Shown here in pieces: positions 56,702-64,000 of a stretch of 64,000 nucleotides of DNA (position 1 is the first letter of the stretch; the number at the start of each line of letters is the position of its first letter). The DNA lies in the NCBI GenBank assembly GCA_043821645.1, contig JBDRCO010000053.1, forward strand, positions 1-64,000, written 5' to 3'. Below the pieces are notes generated by a model, which searched no databases, was not told the DNA's origin, and worked only from the letters and a program-made list of their open reading frames with translations. The translations under genes were made by a program, and so were the position numbers. Origin of the DNA: Pseudomonadota bacterium. Its GTDB lineage: Bacteria > Myxococcota > JACRCW01 > JAFGSX01.

Positions 56702-57361
56702 ATGACCAGCGCAGCCGCCATGTCGACCTTGTTTCTTTTTTGTGCACAGCTCGAGCAAGGACAGCCGCCGCCGAGTCTCGGTCCCCTGGTGCCCCCCCCG
56801 ACAATGTTGGGAGGTATCACCAGGCACGAGATCCCTGAACATCTGACCGTGAGCGAGAAGAACTCAAAGCAGCTGGCCTCGAATGTCAGACAGTGCATGG
56901 AGGACAAGGGACTCCTCAATTCAGACCTGCCCGAGGAGTTGCAGGGTTATACCTCACAGACCAGGAAGAGCATCGTCTCCGGTGACAGCAAAGAAGCGAT
57001 GTACGTGCTCTACAATGTGCTCGCTTTTTGTGACAAGCGGATGATGTTCGCGGATCGCGTCCTGCACCATGCGAGAGAACAGGTTGTTTTGGAGAAGAAG
57101 AGGTACAATCCGCCCGAGGGTGGTGAGGCGGCAAAGAAATTCTCGCGGGCGAAACACCTGTACAACAGCCGGCAACGTGTCGAGGCCGCGATGGACCAGG
57201 CAGGCAAGGACGCCTATCTGTGTTCGGCCTTTCAGCTGAACACGTTCAACAAAGACCAGATCGAGACCATTGCGCGCCTGTACGGAAACAAGCGGTATGC
57301 GGAGGCGGGCTACTTGCTGGATGAGCTGTCAGCGCGGATCGCAGGTGCATGTGCGCGATAG
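56702..57361 (+). CDS. Hypothetical protein (visibly lower GC than flanks)
   Basis: 219-aa ORF filling the gap; no recognisable motif. Confidence 0.5.
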   Translation: MTSAAAMSTLFLFCAQLEQGQPPPSLGPLVPPPTMLGGITRHEIPEHLTVSEKNSKQLASNVRQCMEDKGLLNSDLPEELQGYTSQTRKSIVSGDSKEAMYVLYNVLAFCDKRMMFADRVLHHAREQVVLEKKRYNPPEGGEAAKKFSRAKHLYNSRQRVEAAMDQAGKDAYLCSAFQLNTFNKDQIETIARLYGNKRYAEAGYLLDELSARIAGACAR

Positions 57362-57492
57362 TGTGAGCCTTGCTTGCCGCGTTCGCGGGAAGTTCATTTT
57401 TGCTTTCGCATCCAAGGGGCATAAGCCACGCATTGCCAAAGGACGATCCCTCAACAGCAAGGATTTATGGTGAGGAGCAGACGCCTTGTCCG

Positions 57493-59313
57493 CTACGGCC
57501 GAGGCACCGCGGCTGTGCGTGAGTTGGGCACCTCGTAGCTGCTGAAGGCGGTGCTGTGGGGGCTGGCCCAGATCCCGACCGGGTTCCCATCGCCCAGACT
57601 CACCTCGTCGATGTAGTAGCCGTCGACGTCGTGGCCGGCGTACAGGGACGCATCCGAAGACCTCGTGATGAGTCCCTCGGTGAAGCTGGCGCTTCCGGTC
57701 GTGTTCCTGATCACCTCGGCGCGCGGGTAGGTGGTGCCGTCGAAGGGCAGGTCGCCCGGTGGGGAGGCGCCGGTGCGGGAGCCGCTGGCACGGCCGTAGA
57801 GCAGGTGGTCCATGTGCACGCCATCGATGATCAGCTCGATGCCGATCGCGAGATCGCTGACACCGCCCTCGGCGGTGGCCAGATCCAGGGCCACCTCGAG
57901 GTCGTGAATGCCGCCGAGCGCGTGCACCCCGCTCTCTGCGACGAGAAAAAAGCGGTGAGCGCCTATCGCTGCGCCGGTCAGATCCGGTGAGGCGTTGGCC
58001 AGCTGCCAGTCGATGTCGAGGCTGCCGTCACCCGGATCGGTGTCGGTGCGAACGATGATCTCGAGCTGCTCGAGGGAGATGGTGGTGTCGGTGGTGTTGA
58101 ACAGCAGGATGAACTCGCTGGAATTTGTTCCGCCCACGGTGTTGGTCGGTTGAATGGCAGACAGGATGACATCGCCTGCGACCAGCAGCGGCGGGGCGAC
58201 GCACTGGTCCTGCACGATGTCGCAGACCTGGCCACCGGTGCAGTTGTCAGGGAAGTGGCACAGCCCAGCCGCGCAATGGTCATGGGTGCAGGAGATGCCG
58301 TCGTTGCACAGCGGTGACGTCGCCGGCACACCGCCACTGCACGACCCCACCACGCAGGGATTTCCCGCGGCCGGCACGTCGCTGTCGTCGATCTGCTGGG
58401 CCGGCACGCACCCTGTTCCCTCGACGCAGCCGGGCGCATGGCAGTCGCCGTCCAGCTCCGAACCCGCGCAGTCAACAGGCGAACCGCCACAGGATCCACC
58501 GCTGCAGAGATCGCTGTCTGTACAGTCGAAACCGTCGTCGCACGGCTCACCAGGATCGAGGTCGCCGTCGCAGTCGCTACCACCGAGGGTGTATTCGCAC
58601 TGGCCACAGGCCTGGGGAGCACAGAACTTCACGGCGCACTGCGCATCGGCGCAGACACAGTGCTGTCCGCCACAGTCGCCATCATTCGAGCACGAGATAC
58701 GGGCGTCCGGGAGGCTGGTATCCGGGAGGCTGGTATCCGGGTGACTGGTATCCGGGAGACGGACGTCCGGGGTGTATCGATCCGGAGACCGGGTATCCGG
58801 GGTGTGGCTGTCCGAAGGGGGGGCGTCCGCAGGGGAGATGTCGGGCGCGCCGCTGTCCCAGGTGCCGTTGCTGTCGCCAGATGCATCCAGCCGCGGGACG
58901 TCTTCGAGCGCATCGCCTGCGCTCAGGTCCAGCGCCCCGCCGTCGCCCGGTCTGTCCTCGGCCCCGGCGTCGGAGCCCGACGCGTCGCCTGGCTTATCGT
59001 ATGCCGCTGTGTCCCCGGCCGCGTCGGTGGGGACGTGGTGAGGGTCGGGGACACAGTAGCCATTGCTGCAGATCGCAGCGGCGCCACAGCTGACGTCGGA
59101 GGTGCAGGTCTCGAGGGTGGACTCGTCCACGCAGCGGCCGCCGACACACTGGTACCCATCCGAACACAGATGGCTCTCGCTGCAGCGGTAGCCGGCCAGG
59201 CTGACGTCGAAGCAACCGAGCACGGCGCTCGCGCACAGAGCACCAGCAAGGACGGACAGGACGCGCCGCGGGCGATTCGGCGGGGTCCGCGTGGCCGAAA
59301 CACAAGTCCTCAT
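57493..59313 (-). CDS. Cys-rich lipoprotein with PD-rich linker and lamin-tail-like C-terminal domain
   Basis: AVLGC lipobox; PDTS repeats; CDDG..CT.D.C repeats; VILSAI..EFILLFNT..ISL motif. Confidence 0.7.
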   Translation of the reverse strand: MRTCVSATRTPPNRPRRVLSVLAGALCASAVLGCFDVSLAGYRCSESHLCSDGYQCVGGRCVDESTLETCTSDVSCGAAAICSNGYCVPDPHHVPTDAAGDTAAYDKPGDASGSDAGAEDRPGDGGALDLSAGDALEDVPRLDASGDSNGTWDSGAPDISPADAPPSDSHTPDTRSPDRYTPDVRLPDTSHPDTSLPDTSLPDARISCSNDGDCGGQHCVCADAQCAVKFCAPQACGQCEYTLGGSDCDGDLDPGEPCDDGFDCTDSDLCSGGSCGGSPVDCAGSELDGDCHAPGCVEGTGCVPAQQIDDSDVPAAGNPCVVGSCSGGVPATSPLCNDGISCTHDHCAAGLCHFPDNCTGGQVCDIVQDQCVAPPLLVAGDVILSAIQPTNTVGGTNSSEFILLFNTTDTTISLEQLEIIVRTDTDPGDGSLDIDWQLANASPDLTGAAIGAHRFFLVAESGVHALGGIHDLEVALDLATAEGGVSDLAIGIELIIDGVHMDHLLYGRASGSRTGASPPGDLPFDGTTYPRAEVIRNTTGSASFTEGLITRSSDASLYAGHDVDGYYIDEVSLGDGNPVGIWASPHSTAFSSYEVPNSRTAAVPRP

Positions 59314-59648
59314 TGTGCAAGGAGAATAGCACATCCCGGGGGAGATCCGCACAGCTCGTGGCACCGCAGCTCGAGGCTCCAGCGCTGTTGTCGCTGCGGA
59401 CGATGGGCCCGCGCGGAGACTGGTCTGGCCCCCCGCGAAGTGCCCGCATAGGGCTGCGGCGCGCCAGGCGTTGAAAAATTGACGCAACAGGATGCTCCAC
59501 GTGGCGGATATTTCCTTACAGTTGGTGATGCGGCTGGTACCGGGCGTCCCGATGCTGCGAACGCCGTGATCGTTGTCCAGGATGTCCGATTAGGCCAGAA
59601 TGGCCGAGGTCGCGGGGGACAGTCCGGGATCCTGAACTGGGAGGTCTC

Positions 59649-60746
59649 ATGTCCGTCCGTCGCGCTGGCTCGCCACCCGTCGTCGTCACACCACAAGACA
59701 GCAGCATCCCGTCCGGCTCGAGCTGGCGGCCCGCCCCCTCTCTCGACGATGTGCGGCAGGGGCGCGCGGTGCTCAAGAAGGGCCAGTCCGGTGAGTCGGT
59801 GCGGCAGCTGCAGCAGCTGCTCAACGCCGCCGGCGCCAGGCCTCGCCTCGACGAGGATGGCAAGCTCGGCAATGCCACCGATGGTGCGGTGCGCCGCTAC
59901 CAGACCCAGCACCAGCTGGACTCGGACGGCCTCGCTGGCACACAGACCCTGGGCGCGCTGGAGCGCGGTGGCAGCGTCGATCGCACGAGCTCTCGAGGGA
60001 GCAACACGGCCACGGGCGGTACCAACAACCTCAGCGCTGCAGCCGAGCGCGCCCCCAACCTGGGCGCCGAGACGCCGCCGACCCGCGCCGGTGTGCACGG
60101 CCTGCTCAACGGCAACGATCGCATCAGTCGCAACGACATCGACTGGAACCATCCCAGCGTCCGCCCACCCGGCGGCGTGGTCACCAAGCCCAGCGCCCAG
60201 GCTTTTGCGGCCGCGGTCAAGGCCTACGACCACGCCAAGAGCCAGGGCCAGGTGCGCAATCACAAGATGACCCTCATCGACTTCTCGCGGCCCTCCACCG
60301 AGGCGCGCATGTGGGTCATCGACATGGACAGCAAGCAGCTGCTGGCCCAGCACCGGGTGGCGCACGGCAGCGGCTCCGGGGATCCCCGGGACGCGCGCAT
60401 GGCCTCGCGCTTTTCCAACAGCAGTGGCAGTCACCAGAGCTCGCTGGGGACCTACATCACGGCCGAGACCTACCAGGGCTCGCACGGGCGATCGCTCAAG
60501 CTCGACGGCAAGGAGAGCGGCTTCAACAGCCAGGCCCGCGGTCGCGCCATCGTCATGCACGAGGCGGACTACGCCAGCGACGCCTTCGTCCGCCAGAATG
60601 GCTACCTGGGTCGCAGCCAGGGCTGCCCGGCCATGGATCCGGCGGTGGCCCAGCGGGTCATCGACCTGGTCAAGGGCGGCAGCGCCATGCTCATCTACTC
60701 GCCGCAACCGGACTACCTGCGGCGCAGCGCCTATCTCAACGACTGA
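59649..60746 (+). CDS. Peptidoglycan-binding domain plus L,D-transpeptidase catalytic (YkuD_2) protein
   Basis: GGAGG RBS; L..G..G..VRQLQ..DG..G..T; IDFSRPS, VAHGSGSG, SSLG, IVMH..GRSQGCPA. Confidence 0.88.
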   Translation: MSVRRAGSPPVVVTPQDSSIPSGSSWRPAPSLDDVRQGRAVLKKGQSGESVRQLQQLLNAAGARPRLDEDGKLGNATDGAVRRYQTQHQLDSDGLAGTQTLGALERGGSVDRTSSRGSNTATGGTNNLSAAAERAPNLGAETPPTRAGVHGLLNGNDRISRNDIDWNHPSVRPPGGVVTKPSAQAFAAAVKAYDHAKSQGQVRNHKMTLIDFSRPSTEARMWVIDMDSKQLLAQHRVAHGSGSGDPRDARMASRFSNSSGSHQSSLGTYITAETYQGSHGRSLKLDGKESGFNSQARGRAIVMHEADYASDAFVRQNGYLGRSQGCPAMDPAVAQRVIDLVKGGSAMLIYSPQPDYLRRSAYLND

Positions 60747-60783
60747 ATACGGTTTGCGCCACGCTGCGTCGCCTGGTCCTGGC

Positions 60784-61731
60784 ATGAGCGCGCCACCCGG
60801 CGGCCTGCGCCTCGAGATGGCGCCGATGCAGGGGCTGACAGGATACGTGTTCCGCGCGGTCTACCTGCGCCACTTCGCCGGCGTGGACCAGTGCTATTGC
60901 CCCTTTGTCAGGCTCAAGAATGGCGCGCTGCCGGGGCGGGATCAGCGCGAGCTGGAGGCGGGTCGCACCGCGGGGCCGGGCTTCACGCCGCAGATCATCG
61001 CGGCCAACCCGAGCGAGGCGCAGACGCTGGGCGCGCTGCTGGTCGACCTGGGATACGGTCGGGTGAATCTCAACCTGGGCTGTCCCTATCCGATGGAGAC
61101 CCGGCGACGGCGGGGCGCGGGTCTGCTGCCCTTTCCCGACGAGGTCGACCGCGTGCTCGAGACCCTGTGCCGTTTCACACCGGCGTTGCAGGTGTCGGTC
61201 AAGACCCGGCTCGGGCTCGTGCGCGGCGACGCGTTGGGCGCACTGCGCCCCGTGTTCGAGCGCTACCCGCTCAGCTCGCTGATCGTGCACCCGCGCACCG
61301 CCCGTCAGATGTACGAGGGTACGCCCGACTGGCAGGCCTTTGGCGAGCAGACCCGGGGACTGGGCATCCCCGTCGTCGCCAATGGCGACATCCTCACCGT
61401 CGACGACGCGCGGCGCCTGCAGCAGCGCTTTCCCTGGATCGCGGGTCTGATGATAGGTCGCGGCCTGCTGCGCGATCCCTTCTTGCCCGAGGCGATACAG
61501 GGGCAGGCTCTGCCGGGCGCGCGCCTGCAGCGACTGCGCCGCTTTCACGATGCGCTGCTCGAGGCCTACCAGCAGGCCGGTCTGACCGAGGCGCACGTGC
61601 TCGACAAGATGCGCCCGCTGTGGGCCTACCTGGCTCACAGCTTCGCCGAGCCCGAGCAGGTCGCCAAGAATTTCAAGCGGGCCCGTCGCATGCACCGCTA
61701 CCAGGATGCGATCGCCGCACTCTTTGGCTGA
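60784..61731 (+). CDS. tRNA-dihydrouridine synthase family protein
   Basis: APMQGLT, NLNLGCP, GAGLL, SVKTRLG, HPRT, NGDI, MIGRG. Confidence 0.9.
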   Translation: MSAPPGGLRLEMAPMQGLTGYVFRAVYLRHFAGVDQCYCPFVRLKNGALPGRDQRELEAGRTAGPGFTPQIIAANPSEAQTLGALLVDLGYGRVNLNLGCPYPMETRRRRGAGLLPFPDEVDRVLETLCRFTPALQVSVKTRLGLVRGDALGALRPVFERYPLSSLIVHPRTARQMYEGTPDWQAFGEQTRGLGIPVVANGDILTVDDARRLQQRFPWIAGLMIGRGLLRDPFLPEAIQGQALPGARLQRLRRFHDALLEAYQQAGLTEAHVLDKMRPLWAYLAHSFAEPEQVAKNFKRARRMHRYQDAIAALFG

Positions 61732-61758
61732 TCGCCGTCCCGGTGTGGCCGCCCAAGC

Positions 61759-62844
61759 TCAGGCCAGGGGCATGGAAGGTGCTGCGAGCGGCATCGCGGT
61801 CCGGCTCAGGGCCATGTCGACGATCTGCCTCAGCGTCTGCGAGAAGCTCAGGCCTGCTTCCTCGGCCGACTCCATGAAGGACACGCCCTCGGTGAGATCG
61901 GGGTTGGGGTTCACCTCGAGCACGTACACGCGGCCACTGGTGGACAGGCGCAGATCCACCCGCGCGTAGTCCCTGCACCGCGTGACACGATAGGCGGCCA
62001 GCGCCTGCTCGCGCACCTCGGTCTCGATGCGTCGGGGCAGCGCTGCCGGGCAGATCGTGTGGACCTGGTGGTACTCCTCGGTCAGGGGTCCCCACTTCAT
62101 GGCGTAGCTGATGATGTTGGGGAACTCCGGGGGCAGCTCGGAGAAGTCGTACTCGAGGATGGGGAGCACCGTCGGAGGGTCGTTGCCCAGGATCGCCACG
62201 TGCAGCTCGCGGCCATCGATGAACTCCTCGACCAGGATGGGAGGATCGGAGCGCGTGAAGGCCTCGTCGATGCGATGGCGAAGCTGCACCTGGTTGTAGA
62301 CCACCGAGGCCCGCTCGATGCCATTGCTGGCGTCCTCCCGCGCCGGCTTGACGATGAGCGGATAGTGCAGCCCGTGGCGGGCACGCAGCCGAGGCTTGCG
62401 CAGCAGGTGATAGCGCGGCGTGTGCACGCCGTTGGCGAACAGGAGCTGCTTGGTGAGGCCCTTGCGCAGGCACAGCGACAGCGCGAAGGGGGTCGCCCCG
62501 GTATAGGGGAGACCGTGCAGGTCATGCAGCCCCGCGACGGCGGACTCGAGGTTCGCCTCATCCTTGAAGTACTCGACGAGGTTGAAGATGACCTCCGGCC
62601 GACGCCTGCGCAGGAGCCGGTGGAGGCGCGACACATCATCCTCGACGTTGACCAGGTAGGCTCTGCAGCCCTGTTCCCGGAGCGCCTCTGCAATGGCCTC
62701 GTACTCCTCCAGGACAGTCGCCACGTGAATGGGGTACACGGGATCAAAACCCAGGCTCTCCGGGAGGACGTCCCGCATCTGCTCGAACTCGTCCTCTCCG
62801 ACGTGATTGAAGACGATGGCGACGCTGGGTTTGTGGTTCTTCAT
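61759..62844 (-). CDS. D-Ala-D-Ala ligase-like ATP-grasp protein
   Basis: IFNLVE, PYTG, IVKPAREDASNGI, EEFIDGRE, DYARVDLR, LEVNPNP. Confidence 0.85.
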   Translation of the reverse strand: MKNHKPSVAIVFNHVGEDEFEQMRDVLPESLGFDPVYPIHVATVLEEYEAIAEALREQGCRAYLVNVEDDVSRLHRLLRRRRPEVIFNLVEYFKDEANLESAVAGLHDLHGLPYTGATPFALSLCLRKGLTKQLLFANGVHTPRYHLLRKPRLRARHGLHYPLIVKPAREDASNGIERASVVYNQVQLRHRIDEAFTRSDPPILVEEFIDGRELHVAILGNDPPTVLPILEYDFSELPPEFPNIISYAMKWGPLTEEYHQVHTICPAALPRRIETEVREQALAAYRVTRCRDYARVDLRLSTSGRVYVLEVNPNPDLTEGVSFMESAEEAGLSFSQTLRQIVDMALSRTAMPLAAPSMPLA

Positions 62845-63213
62845 GCAGGCATTCCGCGCTGTGCCACGTGACAAGAACTCCGGCAAGAGACCGCGACCGC
62901 GCGACAAGGGTTCGCCCGCTTCGCATTGTCGACATCCGCACAGCCACCGAGCTGCGGACTGTGCCACAGCGATCCGTTTTCTTCACCTCGAACCTGCGCG
63001 CAACCGATATCCCTGCATGCGTCTGACCACAGCAGGACCTCGCGCCACCTTGGCTCGAAAAGCTCGACCTCCGGATACCGAATCGTCGGCGGAATCGCGT
63101 GGATCCGAGCCGGTTGCAGGCCCGCCACGTCAAGACCCATCGTCGATTGTGCGCCGGACCTGCTGCTGCCGTGACCTGGTCAGGTGGCGGGTGTACCTGC
63201 CTGCGGGGCCGCG

Positions 63214-63999
63214 CTATGCCGTTGTCGTGAAGACGGGTGCGATGCCGCCGCCCGGGGTTCGCAGGTTGGTGGTCTGCCCGCGGTACAGACGCGCCTGATG
63301 CAGCTGCACGGTGCCGTCGTAGACCACGCAGCGCAGGTCGAGCTTGAGCACCCTGTCCTCGCCCTCGATGAAGAAGCTGCGCTCGCTGGGAGCGACCTGC
63401 TGCTGGGCGACGTAGTCGGCCTCGAGGATCTGTTGCCACACCTTTCGCGTCAGCTTGCTGCCTCGATAGGTGCCCCTGCTGCCGTAGCCGGCCGCGGGCT
63501 TGAAGAACAGCTCGCGGCGGCTGGCCCACAGCGCGTCGGCGTTCTCGGCGGTGACCAGGACCGTCTTCGGAACCCCTCTGTGCAGCACCGCGATGACGTC
63601 CTCGTCGACACCAAGGGCGCGCAGGCGCAAGGGGTCGGACAGGATGGCGAGGTTCTTCTTGTTGGCATACAGCGTGTGCGCGCGGGGATGGGGGGTGAGC
63701 ACGGTGTGGCCGGACAGGTAGGCCTGCCGGATCGCCGCGTTCTCGGGGTGGTCCAAGGTGAAGTCCGTCAGACGGCAATAAACCAGATCGATCTCGAGCT
63801 CGTCGAGCCACAGCGCGTCGTGGTGGAAGCTGAGCTGCTGCGGATCGGCGATGACGGCGTCGACACCGTGACGTTGAAACAGCCGCTGAAACAACTGGAG
63901 CTCGGGGTACAGAAACTGCGTTTCCGGCGAACGATCGACGATGGCGATGCGGCGCAGCGCGCGATCCGCACCCTGCAGGCGCCATTCGCGGCGGAACAT
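63214..63999 (-). CDS. Circularly permuted ATP-grasp (type 2)-like protein (5'-truncated)
   Basis: IDLVYCRLTDF, YANKKNL, FFKP..GYGSRG, YVAQ, LDLR, ARLYRGQTTNLRTPGGG. Confidence 0.75.
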   Translation of the reverse strand: MFRREWRLQGADRALRRIAIVDRSPETQFLYPELQLFQRLFQRHGVDAVIADPQQLSFHHDALWLDELEIDLVYCRLTDFTLDHPENAAIRQAYLSGHTVLTPHPRAHTLYANKKNLAILSDPLRLRALGVDEDVIAVLHRGVPKTVLVTAENADALWASRRELFFKPAAGYGSRGTYRGSKLTRKVWQQILEADYVAQQQVAPSERSFFIEGEDRVLKLDLRCVVYDGTVQLHQARLYRGQTTNLRTPGGGIAPVFTTTA

Positions 64000-64000
64000 C

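Noticed and set aside
58700-58805. 15-bp tandem repeats (gtatccgg...)
   Set aside because: They encode the PDTS(L/H) linker of the lipoprotein, so they are a coding repeat and not a CRISPR or mobile element.
62845-63213. Possible ncRNA or small gene in the gap between the ATP-grasp genes
   Set aside because: No recognisable RNA motif or convincing ORF by eye.

Overview
High-GC genomic window with no rRNA, tRNA or CRISPR recognised. The background genes (Cys-rich lipoproteins, a DUF2378-like protein) suggest a Myxococcota-like host, which is an inference. About 50 kb is a dissimilatory-sulfur respiration region. It holds the end of a dsr(MK)JOP operon, a CoA-disulfide/persulfide reductase, siroheme synthase, a YeiH-type exporter, and two Rrf2 regulators ahead of a macro domain, a NarI-type membrane subunit and an HmcF-like CCG enzyme fused to a receiver domain. 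It also holds a second Firmicutes-type dsrMK pair, a hybrid tmcDCB-hmcABCD operon (16-heme HmcA; tmcB frameshifted) and an Orange-protein-like cluster. Three Cys-PAS histidine kinases, three stand-alone receivers and three Cys-PAS sigma54 activators are interleaved, with two clear sigma54 promoters that each have paired enhancer palindromes. Also notable are a TSP1-repeat lipoprotein ending in a Hint domain, a 120-bp palindromic element inserted in frame in the HmcA signal peptide, and several REP/MITE-like and heptamer repeats. The last ~13 kb are glgB, surface lipoproteins and housekeeping-type genes. Family assignments come from motif recognition by eye; no database search was run.
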